A stretch of DNA of 64,000 nucleotides from the NCBI GenBank assembly GCA_951406725.2, contig OX597827.1, positions 49,662,001-49,726,000 of the forward strand, written 5' to 3'. Origin of the DNA: Octopus vulgaris (lineage: Eukaryota). The notes under the pieces are model-generated. The model ran no database searches and was not told the origin of the DNA. It was given only the letters and a program-made list of their open reading frames with translations. Numbering within the stretch: the first letter of the stretch is position 1; each line of letters opens with the position of its first letter. Below are positions 24,605 to 40,100 of the stretch, in pieces. The position numbers and the translations under genes are program-made.

Positions 24605-27600
24605 TGTGCATCAATGCTTCGGTAACTTCAAAAGAAATTCCCTCGTCATAAAATCGCTTCCTCTTAGTCTCTTTCGCTCTCATTACTTCAAATGTTCCCG
24701 CAAGCCCATATGTAAAAAAATAAAAGTTTTTTACGGAAATCATCGACGGAAACGTGCTACTACAAACGAAAGATCGCCAATAATTTTTGTTAAACAAAGT
24801 AAATAAAACTCAAAAAACACAAAGTAAATAATTTTTTAAACAAAGTAAATAACACACAAAAACACAAAGTAAGGATCGACTAGTCATGACTAGCTGGCGC
24901 GGATGCGCGAGTACGCGAGAGCGCGCACTGTTCTCAAGTAGTACCAAATTATTTATTTTGTTTTATTTACTTTGCCAGGTCGTCGTTGTAGAATCGACTA
25001 CTTAAGACTAGCTAGCGCGGATGCGCGCACCGGGACCACTGTTTGCTTGTAGTACCCATTTACCGTAATCAGAAGTTAGGTTAATTACTTCTTTAACACC
25101 TGGCCACCAAAAAAAAACCAAAAAAAAAACAAGTGTAATAGGTGTAAAAAAAAACGTGTGTTAAACGAATATGAAAACAAAAAGGTGAATAAAAGTTTGC
25201 GCCAACAAACCGGGAGGTCGGGAGAGGACTTTCGGAAAATTCACAAGATCCGATTTTTCCTCTCGTATATTTTAGGGAAATAGCCGAAAAGGGATATCTT
25301 TCCATGAAATTTTACATAAATATCTTTCATAGATTACGATTATAAAGAAATTTGTGGGGGAAATTTTTTCCGTGGGGATAAGGAGAGGACTTTTGAAGAG
25401 AAAGAGATTCCTAAATTATTTTTTGGCTTCAGTGTAATGGAAAAAAAATTTGAAATAAAAATTTTTTGATTAATTTATTTTTCGTTTCAGTAATAAAAGG
25501 TTTTTTTTAAAAAAAAGATCCCATTTATCATGGTGAGAGAAACAAATTCATAAATACGGTGTTGAATATGGTTTCACTGTGGAAAAAAAGTTAAGGGCAA
25601 TTTAGCTGTTGTTTTTAACACATCTCCACCGTTGGGAGTAAGAAGAGCTGTATTGAATATTTTACAATATTAAAAAATTGCATTGTGTGAATTTTCCGAA
25701 AGTCCTCTCCCCACCCCATTGAAAAAATTTTCCCCACAAATTTCTTATAATTGTAATCTATGCCATTTGAAAGGTATTTATATAAAATTTCATTAAAAGA
25801 TATCCAGTATGAACAGACCAATTCTGAGGATACACCTGTAAAAAAAAGGTAATATAAAAGGAGAAAGGGGCTCTCTACCCACCTTTTGACCAAGCTCCCA
25901 TGGCTTTTATGGGTTTTTCCACGAGTAACCTTTCGAAGCGCCTCCCTCTATTTTTGTTGTTATCTTGTATTTTTACACGGACTTTACAAACGGACAAAAC
26001 CCTTTTTGTAACTTTCGTCCTGTATTTTGTCCTTACATGTTTTATTTGATTTTTGTTAGCCCCTGTGGCCAATAAACGAATTAATTATTATCATTTTTTT
26101 CTTAATTTCTTTCTATCTTGTCAGATAAAACTGAAATCTCAGAGGCTGATGTGATTGCTTCAAACCATTATTCTGTGCATCTTGACTGGTCTTCCTCTCT
26201 GCTTCAGTTCAAATACCACATTCTATGTGATTCAGAGAGAATCTACACTATCTTGCAACAAACTGAGGGTACCTTAGAAGAAGAGAACGAGTGGAAAAAT
26301 GTATATACGTATGTATGTCTCCTTGTCGAGATATTTCCTATGGGGTAGATAAAAAAAAAAAAACAAGCAAAAAAAATATTAAGGCATATTTATTTATCAG
26401 GAAATTATTGTTATTGTTGCTGTTGTCTAACACCAACTCAATGCTTGACTAACCATAAATGATCATGTCTATTCAAACACAGTGCATCTGGGGCTATTTT
26501 TATTGTTATTTAGTCCCAAGTAAACCCTGATCTAGCAGACCCATGATCAGAAACATTCTATTGATGACCAATCCATCTTTTATTTAAGCACAATGTATCT
26601 GGGATCACATTATCCTATGTGTCTTTTTTGTTTTTGAGAAATAAGATATGAAGGAGATTTTGGTTCTGTTTCTAGCAGGTCAAGCAAAGTGCTATGGTTT
26701 TAAGCAGTGGCATAGAATGAGGTGTACAGACTACACAGGGTAACCAGGTGGTGAGCTGGCAGAAACGTTAGCGCGCCAGGCGAAATGCTTAGCGGTATTT
26801 CGTCTGTCGTTACGTTCTGAGTTCAAATTCCACTGAGGTCGACTTTGCCTTGCATCCTTTCAGAGTCGATAAATAAAGTACCAGTTATGCACTGGGGTCG
26901 ATATAATCGACTTAATCCCTTTGTCTGTCCTTGTTTGTCCCCTCTATGTTTAGCCCCTTGTGGGTAGTAAAGAAATAGGTATTTGTTGTAGTCAAAGCTA
27001 TGTTTTGTTTAAAAAAAGTGGTAACAAATTCCACTACTGTATAAGGTGGCCTAAAACCACACTATATTACTAGTTTTGAGGTTAAGATTCTGAATTACTA
27101 GCTCACATAGTCACGAGTCCAAGTTTTACTATGATTACTTCAGCCATTGTGTTGTGCAAGTGTATAAATTACATAGTTTTTCTTGCACCAGTTTTCCTAA
27201 CAAACAAAACCTCTGCTATTCCTATTCCATTGTTGACTGGGAGTTTACATCAAATTGTAAAAAGCCAAATGAGACCATAATCTCGTGGCCTATGCCAGGG
27301 GTGTTACCAGCCCACTTATGCATACCTTTCCCTTCTTTGGACACTAAAACTCTGCTTGCAAAGACCTGTTGAGGCAAGTGAAATCAAATCAAAATTAAAA
27401 TCAAATTCGATGACTGGCGTCCGTGCTAGCGGGGTGCAAAAAGCACCATACGAGTGTGATCATTGACAGATCGACTAACCAGCTTCTGTGCCAGTGGCAC
27501 TTAAAAGGCACCATTTGAGCATGATCATTACCAGCGTCGCCTTACTGGCACTTGAGCCCCGTACTAGTAGGGTATTAAGAGCACCATCCGAGCGTGATCG

Positions 27601-30600
27601 TTGCCAGAGCGGGTATCTGGCCTCCATGCAGGTGGCACGTAAAAGACACCATCCGAGCATGATTGTTACCTGCATCGCCTTACTGGCACCTGTGCTGGTG
27701 GCATGTGTAAAAGATTCAAGCGAGATTGTTGCCAGTACCACCTGACTGGCCCCATAACACTCTCGGAGTGGTTGGCGTTAGGAAGGACATCCAGCTGTAG
27801 AAACTTTGCCATATCAAGATTGAAGCCTGGTGTAGCCATCTGGTTCACCAGCCCTCAGTCATTCATCCAACCCATGCTAGCATGGAAAGCGGATATTAAA
27901 CGATGATGATGTAAAAATCAATCACACCAACAAAATTACCTTTCTAATTACTCAAGCATAGTTAAATAAGAATCTGCATCTAAATGGTAAATAAGGTGTT
28001 TACATCTTAATGAAAAACCATCCTGTGACTTAAGGCATACAGAAAATGAGGAGTCTAAGTATTCTGTTCTAATGTTTTGCATCTAGAAGTATTACATCTG
28101 ATTCAGTCATCCATTTTTAAGGCATTAAGGTAAATTTAGGAACTATTTATAGCCTATCAGGTAAAGTGTAATTGATAGTTGTTTCTGATATAGGCATAAG
28201 GTAAGAAATTTGTTGGGAGGAGATTAATCAATTAAATTGGCATCGGTAGTTAAATGTTACTTTATTTTATTGACACCAAAAGAATGAAAGACAAAGTTCT
28301 CTTTGGCAGGATTTGAACTCAGAATGTAAAGAACCAGATCAAATACCACAAGGTATTTTGTCCAATACTTTAACAAATCTGCTTGTCCATTGTCGTAGTG
28401 TAACATAATGTATAAAGAATATATAAAATCAAAATAGCTTCTAGCAAATGAAATAAATATTTATTTTAATTAGAATGGCTGTGTGGTAAGTAGCTTGCTT
28501 ACCGACCACATGGTTCAGTCCCACTACGTGGCACTTTGGGCAAGTGTCTTCTACTATAGCCTCGGGCTGACCAAAGCCTTGTGAGTGGATTTGGTAGACG
28601 GAAACTGAAAGAAGCCTGTCGTATATATGTATATATATGTATGTGTGTGTATGTGTTTGTCTTCCCAACATCGCTTGACAACCGATGCTGGTGTGTTTAC
28701 GTCCCCGTAACTTAGCGGTTCGGTAAAAGAGGCTGATAGAATAAGTACTAGGCTTACAAAGAATAAGTCCTGGGGTCGATTTGCTCGACTAAAGGTGGTG
28801 CTCCAGCATGGCCACAGTCAAATGACTGAAACAAGTAAAAGAGTAAAAGAGATGCTAAACCAGACTTTATTGTAGAGTGGCCCAAGTTGATAGAAGTGAC
28901 CCTAATATATCACTGGTATTCTATTAATTTATACATGCAGAAGGTGACAGGCGAGTTTAACACAAGCAAGATGTGAACTCAGAACTTCTACTAAATACTG
29001 TAAAACATTGAGTCCAGCATTATCTCCTCTAACCTGTTGTTCCATCATCCTCTAGTCTTGGCATTTCCACATTTTTAAATATATTACACTGGTGTGTATG
29101 TGTGTGTGAGAGAGAGAGAAAGAAAGAGAAAGAAAAAAACAACCATCATAATAGCCATTCTATATTGCTTTTTACCTTTTTTTTATAGGGGATATGGTGA
29201 AAATACGATCGTGGAGGACCTTAAACCATATCAGGAGTATCTATTTAGAATTCGGTTCCATCGAAGTAACAATAATTACACTAACTGGTCACCTCCAATG
29301 AAAGTTATCACAGAAAGTAAGCAAACGTCTTAAGTTGTTTATATTTTACTCTTTCTGTTTTTCTTTTTAATTGGTCCCAACCAGGTGGACGTAGCCATAC
29401 TGAGGCTGTTACAAACACTAATTGCTATTTTTTTTTCATCTTTCATATTTACAAATTTTTGGTATTTTAACGATTGTATTTAATTTATACTAGCACTATG
29501 ACCTGGCGTTGCCAGGTCATAGTGCTAGTGCATGCATATACAGCTGCATGCATGCACACATACACGCGTGTACTGTCCAAATCTCCGACTAATCACATAC
29601 AGCTAGCTGGCATTCAATTAGCGTATCAAGTTTCGGTCATTTTGATTGGGTTTTGGATAGAAAATTCACCAAAAATCACTTCTATTGATTTTTTAATGGC
29701 TTTGCGGGGTGACTGGGGAACTGTAAAGATGTGCACGACCACCCTTGGACGGTTTTGAATGACCATAGAATATGCGAGCCCTCTAACTGAAAAATTGTGG
29801 ATTTGTATAAAGGACACACATGCAGACATTTTGCATTTATATATAGAGAGATTGCATCAGGTGACAACTTTGTCACTGGTCACAGGTTCCTAATTGTCCC
29901 ATTACTGAATAACTGTGCTTCTTGTAGCAAGTGTTTATCTGTGCAACTCAGATGAAACAAATATTTCACAGGATATTTTGTATTTAAAAGCACTGATATT
30001 CAGTCTTTCATATTTTGAGATTTTTAGCCAATGCACACACACACATTGTATATCATATATGCATATATGACTGGCATAGACGTATCCTTGTAAACTGCCA
30101 TAAAGGCAAAGAGATTAATTAGGGATGGGAAATGCTAAAGGCATCAAATTGTTAGACCAGGCTATGAAATTTATAGTACAATTGATTCATCATCATCATC
30201 ATCGTTTAATGTTCGCTTTCCATGCTAGCATGGGTTGGACGATTTTGACTGAGAGCTGGCGAACCAGATGGCTGCACCAGGCTCCAATCTTGATCTGGCA
30301 GAGTTTCTACAGCTGGATGCCCTTCCTAACGCCAACCACTCCGAGAGTGTAGTGGGTGCTTTTTACATGCCACCAGCACGGGGGCCAGTCAGGTGGTACT
30401 GGCAATGACCTCATTTGAATCTTTTTATACGTGCCACCAGCACAGGTGCCAGTGAAGCGACATTGGTAACTATCATGCTTGAATGTTGCCCTTTTATGTG
30501 CCACGGGTACGGAAGCCAGTTGGCTACTCTGGCAACGATCACGCTCGGATGGTGCTCTTGGCACCCTACTAGCACATGCACAAGTGCCAGTAAGGCGACG

Positions 30601-31333
30601 CTGGTAACGATCATACTCGAATGGTGCCTTTCTATGTGCCAATGGTACGGAAGCCGGTTAGCCGCTCAGTGTAGATGAAATGCTTTCTACATTTACTGTT
30701 TACAAGGCACCCCACTCCTATACTGTCCACCCACACTCCTTCTAAAGTGACTGGTAAGACAACCTTTCTAATGCTGGTGCCATGTAAAAATGTATCAAGT
30801 ACACTGTAAAAGCAGAGGTGCATGGTTTAGTGGTTAGGGTGTTGAACTCATGATCATAAGATTATGGTTTCAGTTCCTGGACCATGTGACGTACTCTTGA
30901 GCAAACACTTTATTTCATGTTGCTTCAGACCACACAGCTGGCAAATATGAGCACACCTGTGATGGACAGGTATTCCATCAGGTGGGGAATATATATATAT
31001 AGAAACCACAAAACTGGTTCTATGAGTTTATATAACCCAGGAATGATCTTTATCCATCATTTTTTATACTGTAAATTGGCTGGCAAATGAGCAGAGAAAA
31101 TAGGATTGGGAGGTCCCTTCAGTTTTGTCTTCTCAAGACCTATTCAACCTGTCTATTGTTGATGCCACAAGCACATGCACCCAGTAAAGTGGTTGACAAT
31201 AGGAAGAGTATCAAGCCCAAGAAACCAAGCCAAATGACTAGTCCAAGCATCACTCTATAGTAGCAACAGCTCCCAGTAAGAAATGACTCTGATAATTTGT
31301 CCAACCCATGCCAGCATCAAAAATAGATATAAA

Positions 31334-31382
<49 letters not shown>

Positions 31383-32532
31383 GCACGGAAAACGGACATT
31401 AAACGATGATGATGTATATATATACACATATTGTTTGTTCCTTCTCGAGCCACACCTGGCTCATAGGGCTGGTTTCCCGGTTTCCTTGGCATATAGGTTT
31501 CCCACCTGGACGGCACACCGGTCTGTTGCAGGTGAGCTGCTAGATGCAGGAGGAAAGAATGAGAGAAAGTTGTGGCAAAAGAGTCAGCAGAAGTTCGCCA
31601 TTACCTTATATATATGTGTGTGTGTGCGTGTATATGTACATACACTCACGGAGTGGTTGGCGTTAGGAAGGGCATCCAGCTGTAGAAACACTGCCAGATC
31701 AGACTGGAGCCTGGTGCAGCTTCCTGGCTTCCCAGACCCCTGTCGAACCGTCCAACCCATGCTAGCATGGAAAGCGGACATTAAACGATGATGATGATGA
31801 TGATGAAGTTTGAACAATTTACATAGACGGATGTTAAACGATGATGATGATGATATATATATATATACACATGTATATATATATATATATATTGTGCCGG
31901 TGGCACGTAAAAAGCACCATCCGATCGTGGCCATTTGCCAGCCTCGTCTGGCACCTGTGCCAGTGGCACGTAAAAAGCACCCACTACACTCACGGAGTGG
32001 TTGGCATTAGGGAGGGCATCCAGCCGTAGAAACATTGCCAGATCAGACTGGACCTGGTGCAGCATTCTGACTTCCCAGACCCCAGTTGAACCGTCCAACC
32101 CATGCTAGCATGGAGAACGGACGTTAAACGATGATGATGATGATGATGATGATGATGACACACACATATGTATATATACATATATATACATACATATATA
32201 TATGTGTGTGTATATATATATACATATATATACACACACACACACATATATATATATACATATATATATATACATGTATATATATACATATATGTATACA
32301 TGTATATATATATATAAATATGTATATAACGGGAAGCTTTATGAAAATAAACAAAAGACGAAGGCAGGTGGAATACAAACAAACAATTGTATTAGTATGG
32401 CGCTCAGGAATATAAATAAAACAAGTCTTTTACGTTTCGAGCCTACGCTCTTCAACAGAAAGATACACAGAAAAGAAACACAGAAAGAAACAAGGAGAGA
32501 AAAAAAATGTGTGCAGAGGCTAGTGAATCAAC

Positions 32533-32574
<42 letters not shown>

Positions 32575-34224
32575 TTGTACATATATATACATATAAAGCA
32601 AAATAAGTAACAAGGATGTCAAGGTATTAGTGCATTATGACCGTTTCCGGCGGTTCCATTTAATCAAACAATGCAAGTATTACATCAATTTGAAAAATAC
32701 TGCTTTCATTGCATGCATAAGACGATATAGGTTTTCAACATACAGGATACTCTATTATGATATTTTAGCAAATATTTCGTCAGTACTAGAGAATAAAAGA
32801 ATTACATGTTTGTTGGTATTATTGTAGCAGAATTAACTTGGGGACAAAATACCCCAATTATAATTTGCAGTCGCAGAAGAGAATAACAGCCGTGGTCATG
32901 AGATGGTAATATGGCTACATTTATCTATCTCCTTTATCACCATCAAAAGATTTAATGCAGCTAATATACGATGTCCACTAAGAATTAAAACCATTGGCAA
33001 TTGACAGTTAAGTTCTAACTGCTGATGATAAATCAATTAACGTCAGATACTCTCCCAAACTCCTAATTTGCTATGGCTATAAATTCGCTATGACTACATG
33101 AAGGAATAAATCTCAGAAGAAGTCAGTAAGATAGTGGTATTTGTCCAGAAAATAAAGGCGGTGAGCTGGCAGAATTGTTAGCACACCCAGCGAAATGCTT
33201 AGCGGTATTTCGTCTGCCGCTGCGTTCTGAGTTCAAATTCCGCCGAGGTCGACTTTGCCTTTCATCCTTTCGGGGTCGATAAATTAAGTACCAGTTACAC
33301 ACTGGGGTTGATGTAATCGACTTAATCCATACAACCATAGAATGAATTGTATCAGATAAAATGCTTAAATAGTCTTGACTATTAATTCTGTCATGAAGGG
33401 AAACCATTGGGCCAGCAGATTTCCAAGATATAGCCCCACCCCCAGATTATCACAGATCCTCCTCTATGTTTAACAGTTGGAAGAAGGCTATCTGGGTCAA
33501 ATGCTTCTTGTGGCTGTCTCCATACATATACTCAGCCAGTGGTCAGAAATAAGGTAAAGGATGACTCTTCCAAGAAAATAACATTCTTCCACTGCTCTAG
33601 GGACCAATTCTGTAGATTTTTACTCCACTCTAAACGCTTTGCAACGTTTGTTTTTGAAAGTAGTGCTTTTCTGATTGCAGCCCCCAACCCCCATGAAATC
33701 TGGCTTTGTGCATCTCCCGGCAAACAGAATATGGGTTCTCGAGGTGGTCATTAAGCTCTGCAGTAATTTTGGGAGCTGTACTTTTGTAATCATTTCTAAC
33801 AGTTTGCGTAAGAGTCCGACAGTCCCTATCTGAAAGTATTGGTTTTCTTTCGGAGTTTTGTTTCAACGAGGAGGTTTTTCCCTCTTTCTCAAAGGTGGTC
33901 ATTACTTTCAAGACAGTACATCTTGATACACCAAGCATTTCAGCTGTTTTCGTTATGCTAGCATCTGCCATACTAGCACTAACAATTTGTCCTTTTAGAA
34001 AGTCCAATAGATCTGTCATTTTAATGAATTTTAATTACCTTTTTCCAATGATATCTGAAAAGAAACAGCAATTTTAGCAAAACGTTTTAAGCAACATTAA
34101 TAATAAATCAAAAAACATAAAAATAAACAAGCTTTCGATGGTTTTATAGATATTTTAAAATTATGATGTTATGATGCTAGGTGTTTCCATTATTTTGTCC
34201 AACCCCTGTATGTACAAAAATATC

Positions 34225-34280
<56 letters not shown>

Positions 34281-37052
34281 ACGAATATATTATAATTATA
34301 AAATGCAATTACAAATAAATAAAAAATATATCAATATAAATACCATATTGTATTATATTTTGTCATGATTAACTGTAGAGAGAAGTTACAACCCCTCTGC
34401 AAATCATAGAATGTTACACCAGTATACACGAGAGTAAATAGGTATACAAAATGCAAAATTTGATAATATGATATAATATAAAATAAAAGAATAGATAAAA
34501 TACTCCCAAAAATAGGTGTTAGGCAGGGTATCCAGCTGTAGAAACTCTGACAGATCAAGATTGGAGCCTGGTGCAGCCATCTGGTTCACCAGTTCTCAGT
34601 CAAATCATCTAACCCATTCTAGCATGGAAAGCGGACGTTAAACAATGATGATGATGATGATGATGATTATATATATATATACATATATGAATATAAATTA
34701 AATTAGAGATAAAACCACTATTAAGCAAATCAAACAGTGAAAAACATAAACCAAAACATAAAACTAAATATAATTAATATAATATACAAAAAATTTTAAA
34801 TTTAAATTATTAGATAAAAAATTTTTCATATTTATACATTTTATAATTTTTTTATTTTCTAATTTAATTTATATTTATACTGTGAAATTTGATTTAATCT
34901 TAAATCTAATTTTTCCCTGTAAGTTTGGATTTAATCCCAAATATTATTATCATATATGAATGTACATAAAAAATTTCAATAAGGGATTTATAAAATGAAA
35001 AAAAATAGACATAAGTTAAAAACTTTTTTCATTGTTGAAACCATAAGATACATACTGGATATAGGGAGAGATAAAGGATTACAAAATAAAGGTAAAAATA
35101 AAAAAATAGAAATAATAAAAAAATAATAAGTAAATAAATAATAAGGGTAGGTCAAGATATTCCTAACAAAGGAAATTAAGAAATAAATGATGCTTCATAC
35201 ATTAGTGCCTGTAATATTCCATCTTATTTTATAAAACAACATCCAATGGTATCCTCATTTTATTTCTTAATTTGCTTTGTTAGGAATACCTCGATCTCAT
35301 CATCATCATCATCGTTTAACGTCCGCTTTCCATGCTGGCATGGGTTGGACGATTTTGACTGAGGGCTGGCAAACAAGATGGCTGCACCAGGCTTCAATCT
35401 TAATCTGGCAGAGTTTCTACAGCTGGATGCCCTTCCTAACGCCAACCACTCTGAGAGTGCAGGGGGTGCTTTTTACGTGCCACCGGCACGGGGGCCAGTC
35501 AGGTGGTACTGGTAATGACCTCACTTGAATATTTTTACACATGCCAGTGAAGCGACATTGGTAACGATCATGCTCGAATGGTGCCCTTTTACGTTCCACG
35601 GGTACGGAAGCCAGTTGGCTGCTCTGGCAACGATCACGCTCAGATGGTGCTCTTGGCACCCTACTAGCATCCTTATTATATATTTACTTATTAAATTTTG
35701 TTTTTTATTATTATTTTTATTTTTATCTTTATTTTGTTATCCTTTATCTTTCCTTATATCCAATATGTATCTTATGGCTTCAACAATAAAAAAATTTTTT
35801 AACCTTATATCTATTTTTTCATTTTATAAATCACTTATTGAAATTATCATCATCATCGTTTAGCGTTCGCTTTCCATGCTAGCATGGGTTGGACGGTTCG
35901 ACTGAGGTCTGGGAAGCCAGAATGCTGCACCAGGCTCCAATGTGATGTGGCAGTGTTTCTACAGCTGGATGCCCTTCCTAACGCCAACCACTCCGTGAAT
36001 GTAGTGGGTGCTTTTTACGTGCCACTAGCACAGGGGCCAGAGGAGGCTGGCAAACGGTCACAATCGTTTGGTACTTTTACGTGTCACCGACACGGACGCC
36101 AGTCAGGCGGTGCGGGCATCTGCCTCGTTTGGATGGTGCCTTTTACGTGTCACCGGCATGGGTATCTTAACTACAATTTCCATTTGATTTTTATTTTGGT
36201 GTTGGTGTTGACGTACTTGACTCAATAGGTATCCTCAAGCACAGCGGATCACCCTATGATCCAAGGTTAGCACAGCAGGCCGTCCTGCGAGCCATGAACT
36301 CACTTCATTTGTCGTGTCTTCACAGTCACAGCATATCTCAGTGGTCTCGGTCTTTGTCATTTCCTCTGAGAGGCCCTACGTGCCACCGGCATGAGTATCA
36401 CAACCACAATATCCATACGATTTTTATTTTGATGTTGATTAACTTGACACAATAGGTCTCCTCAAGCACAGCAGGCCATCCTGCAAGCCATGAACTCACT
36501 TCATTTGTCGGGTCTTTGAAGTCACAGCATATCTCCAGAAGTCTCAGTCTTTCGTCATAGCCTCTGTGAGGCTCAATGTACGAAGGTCACGCTTGACCAC
36601 CTCATTCATTTCTCACCACTGTCTTTGAGCCATTTCTTTCCCATATGCGACATACCTTATCTCAAACTAACAAGAGAGACTCAGTGCAGTTGCTCAACTT
36701 GTTAGATATATTGTAGCCAAATTTACTCCAAATCATACCCCACCATCTCAAAAACAATGAAGTACACATTGGATAATGTAATCCTAGATACCCCTAAAAA
36801 GATAGGATGGTCATAATTGGAATGTCTTTGTCTTTGAGCAGGAATGATCTGAACCAAAACAACAACATACTTCTTTTATTTTCTTTTAGTTTAGGATTTT
36901 CTTCGTGGTAAGTAGCATGCTTACCAACCACATGGTTCCAAGTTCAGTCCCACTGTGTGGCACTTTGGACAAGTGTCTTCTACTATAGCCTCGGGCCGAC
37001 CAAAGCCTTGTGAGTGAATTTGATAGGCAGAAACTGAAAGAAGCCCATTGTA

Positions 37053-37108
<56 letters not shown>

Positions 37109-40100
37109 TATGTATGTGTGTGTGTGTGTATGTTTCTGTGTCTGTGTTTGTCCCCCCAACATCACTTGACAACCGATGGTGGTGTGTTTACATCCCTGTA
37201 ACTTAGCAGTTCGGCAAAAGAGACCGATAGAATAAGTACTAGGCTTACAAAGAATAAGTCCTGGGGTCGATTTGCTCGACTAAAGGTGGTGCTCCAGCAT
37301 GGCCACAGTCAAATGACTGAAACAAGTAAAAGAGTAAAAGAGTAATAAATCTATCCTTTCAACATAAGATTTTAGAAGTAATATCCTTGAATTCTAGTGA
37401 TTATATTTAAATAAAATTAATCAATTCAATAAAAATATAAATAAAAAAAAAATTATTTTCATTCAATCCCATCTTTCTCTTCTATAGAAGAACCATACTA
37501 TGGAGAGAATTTACACAAAGCCATTCGGAACCGGAGATTTTCTGAAGCTGAGAATGTGCTGAAGTCAGGGTAAAACACTAATTATCTTTTTTTAAAAACT
37601 TTTTTCCTCTTTTGTCTCTTTGTTGAATTTTGTGTCCATTGTTGTACTGCTGCCTTTGAAGAATCTTTCTTTTTAATTCCCACTCCTCAACTTCATTACT
37701 TTCACTAACTCTGGTGTTATCACCATTTTCATCAATATCCCTATCATCACTGCCAACATCATCCCTATTATCATCTTGATCATCATAACGAGCTTCCTTC
37801 TCTTCATGATCCACCACTACAAACACAACTACTATTATCATCATTCATCATCATCATCATCATCATCGTTTAAAGTCCGTTTTCCATGCTAGTATGGGTT
37901 GGATGATTTTGACTAATATTTAATCTGATCATTATAATTAAATTGAGGATGATGAGGATTATGACGATATTAATGATAAATAATGACAATAATGATGAGT
38001 ATGCACGTCTTAGCAATGGTAGGGAAGATGATGATGATGATGATGTTAATGAAGATAACACTGATGATGATGAGTTTTTCATGATGTATTACAGATCTGT
38101 CAAAATTGATGTGCCAGACAATCAAGGTCTAAGTGCATTAATGAATACAGCAAAACGGGGCCAAATTGAGTAAGTACCCACTATATATATGTAGTTTTAT
38201 GGTGTGTGTGATGCTTACTGTTGAAATGAAATAGCAAAGTGGTTAACATATAAAACTACTTGCTCTTGTGTCTTTGGGTTCAAATCTACTTTAGATATTT
38301 TATTGTGTTTGGATAGGGCACTTAATTTTAGTCTCTCTCAGATACCCCAGATGTCAGAAATAGTAACCAGATCAAATAAGATAGATGGGCTTCTATTGCC
38401 TCTCTAAGTTCAGAATTCTTCCAATGAAAGAGGTTTTTTTCCCCTCACAAAAAAAAAAAAAAAATTATTTGCAGCATATCCATTTAGTTTAACTCTTTTG
38501 TTACTAATCTGGCCAAAACCGGCTCTGGCTCTGTGGTAAAATGTCTTGTTTTCATAAGTTTTGAATTAAAATATTCCACCAAGCCTTAGTCACAATTTAC
38601 GTTCCTAACACTAGCTTAATGATTACTAAGTTATTTTAATAAATTCTTTGTTATATTTAAAATAATTGAAGGAAACACTGAGCATCTCAAAATTAATACA
38701 GTAACAAAAGGGTTAAGAGCAATCACACATCTAGTCTCAAATACAGTCTCAGTTAAAATCAAATCTCATAGTTTATAATCCAAGAACAAGGAGAAAAAGC
38801 CAACCAGATTACTCCTTGCCTTTTTCTCATTTGGAACACTTTTTAGCTCAGTTGGTTCAGATAAATCCCTGTGAGGATGAAAGAGGTTTGTATCTATTCC
38901 TTTTGGCAGTATTCCACCTTTTGTAATTCAGAGTGTTACTGTGAATGCAAGTTGTGTGGAGCAGGAAATGTTGTTGTAGCAACAGAAATAGAGGAAAGTC
39001 AAATAGTATAAGTGGTATATAGTTTTAACCTGTTGAAGTCTTTAACCCTTTAGCATTTAAACCGGCCATATCCGGCCAAAGGTATTATGTTCAAACTGGC
39101 CAGATCTGGTCTCTCACACCAACCCTACAATATCGTTTTAAAAATTAACAGCTACCTCATCAAAATCTCATAACTACAAGATAATGCATGATTAGTTCAA
39201 AACAATGCAGATAAAAAAAGCATTAATTTTGGCAGAATAATGTGAACACTAAAGGGTTAATGTAGGGTGTACTGGAAACTTGTAATCTGCAAAATATTGT
39301 ATCAGAGGATTACTAGCTGTAATATGTTAAGAAATTATGAGATTAGTCAAATGTTCTTTGTTTCAATATAGTCAAGAATGTCTGTGTGTGTGTAGCAGCT
39401 GCACTGTTGCAAATATATGTTGAACGATATTTTTGTAAAGCATTCTTGAAGCTTAGAGACAGTTTGTATGCTTTTGACTCAGAGGGTTACTGGTTTTAGC
39501 ATATCAATACATGATGATTCTGTCAAAATGTCTAATTGTTTTTCTTTAACGTTTGTTCATAATATGAATATTTAAGTGCATATGTGCTTTCCTTATCCCC
39601 AATATGTCGAACAGTACTCTAATGTAGAACATACCTGAATCTTGTAATCTGCAAATATTTAGAACAGAAATATTTTCTGATAGGTTAAGTCTTCTTATAT
39701 AATAAATGAGTGATGACTTTTTTTAATGGCTTAATTTAAGCTGTAAAGGTAATCAATGTCCAAGACTGACAAGAGAAAAGAGAGGAAAAAACCCATAACA
39801 CATGGGTTGCTGCAGTAGTTGAAGATAAGCCTTAGACTAGAGAACTGACATAAATGATGGCAACAAAATGAGATCTGCTAAAGTCACATAAGGACCAGTT
39901 GGTTATGTTCATCCTTTTGTAACCATGTTTATAATGAAATTCACAGACCACGAAGAATTTATCAAAATACTATTGTTTGCATTAAGAGTTTCTCTGCTGA
40001 ATTTCACTTATAAAACTATGGTCAAGCAAAGCTATGGTAGAAAATTCTTGCCCAAAGTACTGTCCAGTGAGATTTAACATGGAACCATGTAATGACAAAG

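Noticed and set aside
37943-38094. Asp-rich in-frame extension upstream of exon 5
   Set aside because: Degenerate (GAT)n intron sequence; the spliced model joins correctly at 38095.
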